A stretch of 64,000 nucleotides of DNA from an uncultured virus (IMG/VR IMGVR_UViG_3300032782_000008). Lineage: Duplodnaviria; Heunggongvirae; Uroviricota; Caudoviricetes. The stretch lies in the IMG/VR virus record IMGVR_UViG_3300032782_000008, one strand, 5' to 3'. Made by a program: the position numbers and the translations under genes. Under the pieces are notes generated by a model. That model did not search any database. It was not told the origin of the DNA and saw only the letters and a list, made by a program, of their open reading frames with translations. Positions within the stretch are counted from its first letter, which is position 1, and every line of letters starts with the position of its first letter. Of this stretch, positions 56,650-64,000 are shown in pieces.

Positions 56650-57123
56650 ATGCTCGAGAAGGTGATTTCCGGCGGACAGACAGGCGTCGATCAGGCTGCA
56701 CTTCGCGCAGCTCGTCGTCTCAACATAGTGACCGGCGGCTGGGCGCCGAAGGGGTGGCGGACGCTCGACGGACCGCGGGAGCAACTGTTGCGTAGTTTCG
56801 GCCTCGTTGAGCATTGGGGAGGATACGCTGAGCGCACGTGGCAGAACGTGCGGGATGCACAGGTCACGTTGCGCGTAGCGACCGATTATAACACCGCCGG
56901 GGAGCGCTGCACGATGAAGGCTATCGAGCATTTCAAGAAGCCGAATCTATCGATTGTGATCGTGGGCGGGAAGATTATCAACATCGACGCTGTCGAAAAG
57001 GTGCGCGCGTTCCTGCGCAAGTACGACGTGCATGTGTTGAACGTGGCGGGCAACAGCGAAATCTCGGCGCCGGGTATTGGAACTCTCGCGGAGCAGTTTC
57101 TTTTCGAGGCGTTGCACATTTAG
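56650..57123 (+). CDS. SLOG-family (putative molybdenum-carrier-like) protein
   Basis: KVISGGQTGVDQAAL, GGWAPKG, RTWQNVRD, LNVAGN. Confidence 0.85.
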   Translation: MLEKVISGGQTGVDQAALRAARRLNIVTGGWAPKGWRTLDGPREQLLRSFGLVEHWGGYAERTWQNVRDAQVTLRVATDYNTAGERCTMKAIEHFKKPNLSIVIVGGKIINIDAVEKVRAFLRKYDVHVLNVAGNSEISAPGIGTLAEQFLFEALHI

Positions 57124-57171
57124 TAACTTATGCTTGACGACATAATTTTATTACTGTAGCTCTATCACCTC

Positions 57172-57336
57172 ATGGCAAAGTCTGCTCGAGAAAATCTTGT
57201 TCGACAGTGTTTCGCGCTCTCCCCGCAGCAGATCAAGTGGCTCGATCAACACTCTGACAAAACCGGGATGGCGAAGTCGGAGATCGTGCGCCGGGCGGTC
57301 GAGTCGTTCAAGTACAAAATCGGTCGCGGCAAGTGA
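57172..57336 (+). CDS. CopG-like RHH regulator
   Basis: LSPQQIKWLDQHSDKTGMAKSEIVRRAVE; below the ORF-track length cutoff. Confidence 0.7.
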   Translation: MAKSARENLVRQCFALSPQQIKWLDQHSDKTGMAKSEIVRRAVESFKYKIGRGK

Positions 57337-59597
57337 GCGAGCAGTTTCAGCCGCAGGTTCCGGGCGCGCCCCGGAAGCGCAAGGTCTTTCTCGGTCACGC
57401 GGTCGAGAAGGGTTTCATCCGCTTCTTGTCGGTGAAACAGATCATGTTGTTCGCGCCCGACAGCGGTGGCTGTCCGCGTAAGTGGGCGTTCGAGTACCTG
57501 TTCGGCAAGAAGCTCCAGAAGACGAAGTCGCTCGTTCAGGGCGCCGAGCTGGGCGAGGCGCTTGAGGAGTACCTGACGACTGGCAGGAACGTGCTGCCGC
57601 CGATTTTGCAACCGGCCAAGCACCTCTACCCTACGCCGGGGCCGGACCTTGAGTGCGAGAAGCGTTTCGCGACCGGGCCGGATGGCGAAGACATTCTGAA
57701 GGCCATCGCGGGGCGGGAGCGCCTCCGCGATCTCGGTGCGAGCCTATCGGCTCCCGAGATCGCGGAGGCGCAGCGAGCGATTCAGAATTACGCGCGCTTG
57801 ACCGTGCTCGGCATCCCGATCGAGGGCGCGGCCGACGTGCGCCACCGTCGTGGCGAGTTCGTCGACGAGGACGGCGCGCTCCGTTCCGAAGTGCGCGGCA
57901 TGGTTGTGACCGAGACGATCGACCAGAAGACCGCGGTGCGCGTGCGTCCGCACAAGATTACGCGCGGCAAGAACGCCGGCATGATCCTCCCCTCGTACGT
58001 GCTCTCGGCGGCTGAGATCTGCAACGACGTGCAGATGCTTGGCTACGGGATTTACGAGGCGGACAACAATCCGGCGGTTACGCACTTGCGCTTGTCGCAC
58101 GTGCAGGTGAGTAAGACGAGCCGTGACGCCAAAAAGAGCACAGGGCTGATTTCGGTCGAGCAGGTGCGGGAGCGCTGGCACCGCCGAGCTGTCGTCAACG
58201 TCGAGAAGATGGTGCAGGTCGCCGGCGCGACGGATACCCGCGACGTCGAGTCGAACACGCTCAGCTGCGACAAATACACGCACGTGAGCCCAGACGACCC
58301 GACGGGCAAGACCGTCTTGAAGGGTTGCGGACACCGCTACTACTGCCCGCTGGCCGCGCACCAAGTGAGCTTCGCCCTGGACCTCGGTGAGGGCGATGAC
58401 GAAGAGGAGACCACGACCATGGATGGAAACGGAAAGTCGGCCTTCGACGCAATCAACATGCCTTCGCCGCCGAACGGTGCTCCCCAGGCACCACCGGCCC
58501 CGCTGACCGAGCAGCAGTACGCGGATGCCGTCGCGACGGCGAGGGCGCAGTTCGCTCAACAAGCCGTCGCACCTCCGATGCAGCAGTCGTGGCCGCAGCC
58601 GCCGACTAGCGGCCCTCATGCGCACCCGGGCGCGCTCGGGATCGAGGGATACCGGCCGGGGCAGCCGTGCAACGGCTTCGGTTACTACGCCAACGCGAAC
58701 GGCGCCGGGTTCATGCCGGCCGAGCCCGGCCACGTGTGCCAGGCGTGCGCGCATCTTCGCGCGCCGTCGCCGCCCGTGACGCAGGTGATGCCTGCTGTCG
58801 CGCCTCCGCCGCCGCCCGCACCACCTGCACCGACGCCGCCTACGGTCGCTGCCGTGCGCCCGCCGGATGCGCCCACGCCCGGGATCCTCGACGGCGCGCG
58901 ACCGATGCCCGCCGAAGAGATTGCCAAGGTCGAGGACCCGACCTTGCGGGCGCAGCTCGAGGCGCACGCTGCCGCGCATGCTCAGCGCGAGCAGGAGCGC
59001 GCTTCGACTCAGCCCGGTGGCGGCGCCTCGCCGTGGTGCCAGCCGCAAACGCCGAAGATCCACATTACCGACGACATGCTTGCCGAGGGTAGCTACACAT
59101 GCCACTGCGGCAAGACGTACACGACGAAGCTGCTCAAGCCGGTGAAGGAGTCCGACGGGCGTTACATGTCGACGATTCCGAAGCATAAGCCGGTGAACAA
59201 GGCGCCGGCCGCGTCCGCGGCCCCCATCGCGGCAACATCCGCCGCCCCGTTGCCGTCGTCTCTGCCCACGCAAATGACGATCCCGGTGTCGACGCCTTCT
59301 GCTTCCCCGCCGCCGGTTCAGGCCGGCGAGATGACTCGGATGGTTGAGAGCATGTTCGGCACGGAGGCGCAGCCGCATATGCAGCAGGCGCCTGCTCAGG
59401 CGCTACCGCAGCAGGTGTTGACGATGCCGATGACGCCGCACCTTCCACCGGCACCACCTCCTGCTCCGCCGTCGCCGATGCTCACGGAGGCGACGCTCTC
59501 GGTCGCGGACGCACAAAAGCTACTCGTCAAGAACATCGCGGCCGAGATCGCCCGCGCGGTCATCGCGGCGCTCACTCCGATCGCGGAGGGCAAGTAG
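57333..59597 (+). CDS. PD-(D/E)XK Cas4/RecB-like nuclease with long Pro-rich, zinc-finger tail
   Basis: GCPRKWAFEY, EGAADV, IDQKT, QMLGY, C...GCGHRYYCP. Confidence 0.75.
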   Translation: MSEQFQPQVPGAPRKRKVFLGHAVEKGFIRFLSVKQIMLFAPDSGGCPRKWAFEYLFGKKLQKTKSLVQGAELGEALEEYLTTGRNVLPPILQPAKHLYPTPGPDLECEKRFATGPDGEDILKAIAGRERLRDLGASLSAPEIAEAQRAIQNYARLTVLGIPIEGAADVRHRRGEFVDEDGALRSEVRGMVVTETIDQKTAVRVRPHKITRGKNAGMILPSYVLSAAEICNDVQMLGYGIYEADNNPAVTHLRLSHVQVSKTSRDAKKSTGLISVEQVRERWHRRAVVNVEKMVQVAGATDTRDVESNTLSCDKYTHVSPDDPTGKTVLKGCGHRYYCPLAAHQVSFALDLGEGDDEEETTTMDGNGKSAFDAINMPSPPNGAPQAPPAPLTEQQYADAVATARAQFAQQAVAPPMQQSWPQPPTSGPHAHPGALGIEGYRPGQPCNGFGYYANANGAGFMPAEPGHVCQACAHLRAPSPPVTQVMPAVAPPPPPAPPAPTPPTVAAVRPPDAPTPGILDGARPMPAEEIAKVEDPTLRAQLEAHAAAHAQREQERASTQPGGGASPWCQPQTPKIHITDDMLAEGSYTCHCGKTYTTKLLKPVKESDGRYMSTIPKHKPVNKAPAASAAPIAATSAAPLPSSLPTQMTIPVSTPSASPPPVQAGEMTRMVESMFGTEAQPHMQQAPAQALPQQVLTMPMTPHLPPAPPPAPPSPMLTEATLSVADAQKLLVKNIAAEIARAVIAALTPIAEGK

Positions 59598-60353
59598 ATG
59601 ATCGCTTGGGCCGACATAGAATCAACCGGACTGGACCCTGAGAAGGATCATCTACTCGAGGTCGCGCTCGTCATCACCGACGATGATCTGAACGAGACTG
59701 CGGCCACGAGTGTCGTGGTGCAGCCGGTCGGCGTGCTCGACGTCGAGAAGCTTGACCTCGATCCCAAGGTTCGCAAGATGTACACGGACAACGGCCTCTT
59801 CGCCGAGGTGAAGACGACGCCGTTGCATCGCTATGAGGGCGAGCTGCTGCTCATCGATGTGGTCAAGGAGGCATTCAAGAACGTTCCGCCCGTCGAGATC
59901 GACAGCTGTGCGCAGTGTCGGGAGCCGAAGAACAAACATCAAGCACCTGAGCCGCTGCCTGGTTTTGATCTGGCGATGAAGTGTCAGGCCGAGGGCTATC
60001 ACGGTTCTATTTTCGTCGCCAAGTTGGTCCCGGCTGTTTCGCAGACGCCGCTGGCCGGTTCGACGATCGGCTTCGATGATCGTTTTTTGCTCAAGCATAT
60101 GCCGAAACTCAGGGGCATGTTCTCGTACCGCTCGATCGACGTTAGCAGCCTGGTCGAGCTGGCGAAGCGCTGGGCACCGGCTATCTACGAGGCTCGTCCG
60201 AAGAAGGCAGCAGCTCATCGCGCGCTCGCTGACATCCGCGAGAGCATCGCGTACTTGCGTTTCTTTCGCGAGAGCGGTTTCGTGGCATCGGGTATCAAGA
60301 TCAATCCGCTCGTCACCTTGCCGAGTCTCGTCGGAGGGGTGGTGCCCAAATGA
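59598..60353 (+). CDS. orn: oligoribonuclease (DEDDh) with Cys/His insertion
   Basis: WADIESTGLDP, PLAGSTIGFDDRFL, YRSIDVSS..ELAKRW, HRALADIRESI. Confidence 0.88.
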   Translation: MIAWADIESTGLDPEKDHLLEVALVITDDDLNETAATSVVVQPVGVLDVEKLDLDPKVRKMYTDNGLFAEVKTTPLHRYEGELLLIDVVKEAFKNVPPVEIDSCAQCREPKNKHQAPEPLPGFDLAMKCQAEGYHGSIFVAKLVPAVSQTPLAGSTIGFDDRFLLKHMPKLRGMFSYRSIDVSSLVELAKRWAPAIYEARPKKAAAHRALADIRESIAYLRFFRESGFVASGIKINPLVTLPSLVGGVVPK

Positions 60354-60820
60354 AAATCTACGTCGCGTCGAGCTGGCGGAATAGTCACCAGCCCGAGGTC
60401 GTGCAAAAGCTTCGTCGCGCCGGTCACGAAGTCTACGACTTCAAGAACCCGAAGGAGGGCGACCACGGTTTCCATTGGTCGAACGTCAGCCTCAAGCGTG
60501 AGGAGAGCGGGTACTGCACCGGAGCCGCGCTCAAGGAGGCGCTCGCGCACTCGCGGGCCGTTGAGGGTTTCGCGTCTGACTTCGGCGCGATGAAACGGGC
60601 AGACGCGTGCGTGCTCGTCCTCCCTTGCGGCCGCAGCGCGCACCTGGAGGCAGGGTGGATGGCTGGCGCGGGCAAGCCTGTGTACGTGCTCGCTCCGCCG
60701 AAGTTGCTCGGGGAACTAATCGAGCCCGAACTAATGTACGGGCTTTTGAGTGGCGGGCTGTGTCTTTCTGGGGAGGAGCTAATCACTCGTCTCAAAGAGG
60801 ACGAGGTCAAGGTCGCGTGA
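60350..60820 (+). CDS. nucleoside 2-deoxyribosyltransferase-like protein
   Basis: KIYVASSWRN, HEVYDF, ADACVLVLPCGRSAHLEAGW. Confidence 0.75.
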   Translation: MKIYVASSWRNSHQPEVVQKLRRAGHEVYDFKNPKEGDHGFHWSNVSLKREESGYCTGAALKEALAHSRAVEGFASDFGAMKRADACVLVLPCGRSAHLEAGWMAGAGKPVYVLAPPKLLGELIEPELMYGLLSGGLCLSGEELITRLKEDEVKVA

Positions 60821-63800
60821 AGCGCCCCGCCCCCGAGCGCCTGAGCGCGCTGGCCGCGCTCCTCCCGCCGCGCGAGGCGGACGCCTTGCCGCCGGTCGAC
60901 GAGATTGACCGGATCATGGCGCTACCGCTGCGCCCGCCCGTCAACTGCGAGCAGGACGCAAGCGGGAGATATGCACCAGCGACTCAGGCGCTCATCGAGC
61001 ACGTGACGGCGCAACTTACGCGCGGACCGCGTCTCACGTGCGGGTGCGCACCTCGTCGCGCGACCATGATCGCGCCAGGGATGCTGGCGATTGCGCGCAT
61101 CCTGCCCGAGGGCGAGTTGCAGCCCCCGCCGGCGATCGTGACCATGGACGCGCTCGCCGCCGACAGCCGCGCACATCGCCAGGAGTGGGACGACGCGCAG
61201 CGCATGGGCAACCTGCGTGTAGGTGAGACGCTCGAGCTGCCGTCGGTGGACGGCTCTACCAAGCAATGCATCACAGTGCTCAACGCGCAGCAGGCGTGGA
61301 CGCTGTACGAGGCGCCGATCATTGGCGGGACGGTCGGTTTCCAAGGGGTTGGCAGCGGGAAGTGCTTGGGAGCTGGTTCAGAAGTTTTTGATGTTCTGGC
61401 AGGACGCCGACGCCTTGTCGAAGAAACAGGTGTTTTGCAAGTTGCATCATTCGACGGCGAACGGTTGTGTAGTCGTGAGGCGAGCGCATTTCCGTCTGGG
61501 CGTAAAAAGTGTTGTCTGCTTTCTCTTGCAGATGGTTCGACGCTAACACTAAGTCTCGATCATAAAGTCTACACGTCACGTGGTTGGGTAGAAGCAGGAC
61601 AGCTCGGAACAAATGATTTCGTAGCTGTTCCGACGCGCGTACCCGAACCTCTACGTGCGACGGAAGCTACGGATGACGAAATCGCGCTCGTTGCTTTGAT
61701 GTTGGCGGACGGAGGATGTAATAACGGCACTCCTTCTTTCACAAACGAGACTCCGTCCGTGATCGAAGAGTTTCAGCGGCTTGCTCGTGTTGTGTGTAAG
61801 GGTTTTTCAGAGGATAAATCTTGTTCTCGAGCGAGAGAATTCAATCTTTTGGGATCAAATGGCCGACACGCAAACGGTACTGGGTTCAGAGAGAAATGGG
61901 ACTTATACGGACTCTCTAAAGAGAAGCGTGTCAAGGCCGAAATATGGGGACTTTCTCAAACACAAATCGCGTTATTTCTTAATCGTTTTTGGGCGTGTGA
62001 TGGACACGTTTCTAAACAAGAAATAGAATGCACTCTCGCATCAGAAAAATTGATAGATGATCTTAGATTTTTACTTTTGCGTATCGGTGTGCGTAGTCGA
62101 AAACGATACAAAAAAGCAACGTGCGAAGGCAAGTCGTTTGACGCGTGGCGAATTTCTATTTCAGGTGCGGACGCACTTACTTTTTTGAATACCGTCGGAG
62201 ATGTGCTCGGCAAAGAAACGGCATGTCAGAAGTTACGTCAGCAATTACAAAACACAAAGCGCAATACGAATTTCGATATAGTTCCTATCGGACGTCGCGA
62301 GTTACAAGAGATTTGCGACGAACTGGGAATTGCAAAACGTCCGTCGAAGTATGACGGGGCGCAGCCGCGAAACACTATTCGAAGGTTTTTTCAGGCAACA
62401 ACGGGACAATTTGTGTCGCGTAAGCGATTCGTGGAGTTCTGCAAACAACAAAGTTATCGTGGTAAGTACGCATTTCTTGGTACTGAGGATCTTGGTTGGG
62501 AACGTGTAGTTTCAGTCGAAAATGCCGGTATTCAGCCGGTGTTTGATTTGTCGGTTCCAATAACACATAATTTTATTGCCAACAATATGATTGTACACAA
62601 CACGATCACGAATCTGCTCCTACCGCTGCTCTTTCCCGATGCTGCGCTCGCCGTTATCTGCATCGAACCGAAGCAGCGTCTCCACTACAAGCACCACTAC
62701 CTTCGCCTGCGCGAGCACTTCCGCGTCACGACGGTGGTACTCGATGACAACACGATTGGCTTCCACGGCACGGTGCAGGGCACGGTACCGACGCATCTGA
62801 TCTCGTACTCGGTGCTCTCGCAGACCAAAAACAGCGACATGCTCGACCGGCTCGACCCGGATGTGCTCGTGCTCGATGAGGCGCACCGCGCGTGTGGCGA
62901 CAGCGCCATTAACAAGCGCATCAAGCGTTTCATCCACGGCAAAATTCAGCGGCGCGAGCAGGCGATGGCGGCTGGTCGCCCGGCACGTGTGCGGGCTGTG
63001 AATTTGTTCCCGGGTTCGGGCACGCTCGAGAACAAGAGCGTGCAGGACACGCAGATGCTGTGTAGCTATGCGCTCGGCACGGGTTCACCGCTGCCACTCG
63101 ATCCAGACGTCGCTGTCGCCATGTCGGCGGTGATGGACGCGACCCGTCGGCCCGATCGCGAGTCCGCCTTTGCGAAGCGGTTGCAGATGGTGTTCACGGG
63201 ACGCATTTTCGCCGAGAACGACATTGTTAGTTCACTGTTCGGTGAGCCCGAGAAGGAGGTTCGTCAGGGCTTTCAGCGCCGTCGTTCACACACGTTTGGC
63301 ATTATCACTGCCAGCTCGTCATCAGTTAACGCGTCGATCTACATCGCCGAGCGCAAGGCGCCGCCGATGCCGGAGTCGGTGCGAGATGCGCTCAGGATGG
63401 TGCGCGCCGAGGCGAAACGACCCGACGGCGAGGAATTAGCCGAGAAGATGCATCAGGTCGAATGCGCGCGCGACGTCATTGGCGGCTTTTATAGGTACTG
63501 GGCCTTTCCGAAGCACAAGTGTTCGTGCGGTGGTGTCGAGCCTCGTTGTGAGGGTTGCGTGTACATCGACGACTGGTTCAACAAGCGAAAGGCGTTCAGT
63601 AAGGAGTTGCGAGCAAAACTCGCGCAGGGCGAGCTGCACCTCGACACGGACAAGCTCTGTCGCGAGGCTGCGAAGCGTTTCTGGCAGGACCCGCCGTACC
63701 AGGGCAGTTTACCGAAATGGGACTGTCAATCATGGCCAGCGTGGGCCGCGATCGAGAACACCGTCGAGCACGTTGAAAAGACGAAGTGGATCGGCGGAAA

Positions 63801-64000
63801 TGACGGATTCTACCTCGCACGCGACGCGGCCGAGTGGGCGACATCAAACAAGGGTGTGCTGTGGTTCAAATCCGAGCCTTTCGGGCGCAAGATCGCCGAG
63901 CTGGCCGGGATTCCATACTTCAATGGGGGTCCTGGGGGCGAGGCACGGCTCGCCGCCGAGAAAGGCGACCGCTCGATCGTTTGTTCGATCAAGGCACACG
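60817..64000 (+). CDS. SF2 helicase with intein, truncated at window end (absent from ORF track)
   Basis: GTGA-coupled start; Walker A QGVGSGK|T split by the intein; VLVLDEAHR; GSGT. Confidence 0.85.
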   Translation, partial: MKRPAPERLSALAALLPPREADALPPVDEIDRIMALPLRPPVNCEQDASGRYAPATQALIEHVTAQLTRGPRLTCGCAPRRATMIAPGMLAIARILPEGELQPPPAIVTMDALAADSRAHRQEWDDAQRMGNLRVGETLELPSVDGSTKQCITVLNAQQAWTLYEAPIIGGTVGFQGVGSGKCLGAGSEVFDVLAGRRRLVEETGVLQVASFDGERLCSREASAFPSGRKKCCLLSLADGSTLTLSLDHKVYTSRGWVEAGQLGTNDFVAVPTRVPEPLRATEATDDEIALVALMLADGGCNNGTPSFTNETPSVIEEFQRLARVVCKGFSEDKSCSRAREFNLLGSNGRHANGTGFREKWDLYGLSKEKRVKAEIWGLSQTQIALFLNRFWACDGHVSKQEIECTLASEKLIDDLRFLLLRIGVRSRKRYKKATCEGKSFDAWRISISGADALTFLNTVGDVLGKETACQKLRQQLQNTKRNTNFDIVPIGRRELQEICDELGIAKRPSKYDGAQPRNTIRRFFQATTGQFVSRKRFVEFCKQQSYRGKYAFLGTEDLGWERVVSVENAGIQPVFDLSVPITHNFIANNMIVHNTITNLLLPLLFPDAALAVICIEPKQRLHYKHHYLRLREHFRVTTVVLDDNTIGFHGTVQGTVPTHLISYSVLSQTKNSDMLDRLDPDVLVLDEAHRACGDSAINKRIKRFIHGKIQRREQAMAAGRPARVRAVNLFPGSGTLENKSVQDTQMLCSYALGTGSPLPLDPDVAVAMSAVMDATRRPDRESAFAKRLQMVFTGRIFAENDIVSSLFGEPEKEVRQGFQRRRSHTFGIITASSSSVNASIYIAERKAPPMPESVRDALRMVRAEAKRPDGEELAEKMHQVECARDVIGGFYRYWAFPKHKCSCGGVEPRCEGCVYIDDWFNKRKAFSKELRAKLAQGELHLDTDKLCREAAKRFWQDPPYQGSLPKWDCQSWPAWAAIENTVEHVEKTKWIGGNDGFYLARDAAEWATSNKGVLWFKSEPFGRKIAELAGIPYFNGGPGGEARLAAEKGDRSIVCSIKAH
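61363..62601 (+). mobile_element. 413-aa intein with LAGLIDADG endonuclease
   Basis: Starts CLGAGSEV; block B LSLDHKVYTSRGW; LMLADGG and RFWACDG; ends VFDLSVPITHNFIANNMIVHN followed by Thr; lower GC. Confidence 0.93.

Larger units (their letters stand above)
1..64000. mobile_element. Large bacterial virus or provirus segment, probably tailless with an internal membrane
   Basis: Two long oppositely oriented, translationally coupled gene arms; primase/VapE/iteron replication module; homing endonucleases and an intein; lytic enzymes; many small ORFans; no ribosomal or core housekeeping operons. Confidence 0.85.

Noticed and set aside
1..64000. Specific host assignment (for example Myxococcota) and integration state
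   Set aside because: High GC and PG-targeting enzymes indicate only a GC-rich bacterium; no integrase, att site or host flank is visible

Overview
The window looks like one contiguous piece of a GC-rich bacterial virus (or provirus) genome larger than 64 kb; genes are truncated at both edges. The left arm (1-33.2 kb, almost all minus strand, tightly coupled genes) carries a sugar-modification and glycosyltransferase cluster (0.8-11.1 kb), a divergent pair of HTH regulators (12.8-13.3 kb) and a putative virion module (13.3-33.2 kb). I recognised no terminase, portal, HK97 capsid or tail genes. The module instead has three paralogous ~115-aa beta-rich domains (candidate single jelly-roll capsid proteins), a transglutaminase-like Cys protease, many small membrane proteins, peptidoglycan-binding and lytic proteins, very basic core-like proteins and two related low-complexity proteins of ~900-1000 aa. 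Most of these proteins carry a recurring [VIL][VILM]G motif that looks like a maturation cleavage code. A separate 79-aa protein in the glycosylation cluster ends in a copy of the capsid domain's last strands. The right arm (33.3-64 kb, mostly plus strand) has a RadA-like ATPase, a hairpin-rich ~630-nt non-coding region, small early-type genes separated by a recurring hairpin-plus-long-stem element, a DUF3560-methyltransferase fusion and a shuffled mosaic gene family. It ends with a replication module: primase-like protein, VapE helicase, iteron origin, DinG, Cas4-like nuclease, Orn and an intein-containing SF2 helicase. All calls come from reading motifs by eye; fold, novelty and host assignments are inferences.
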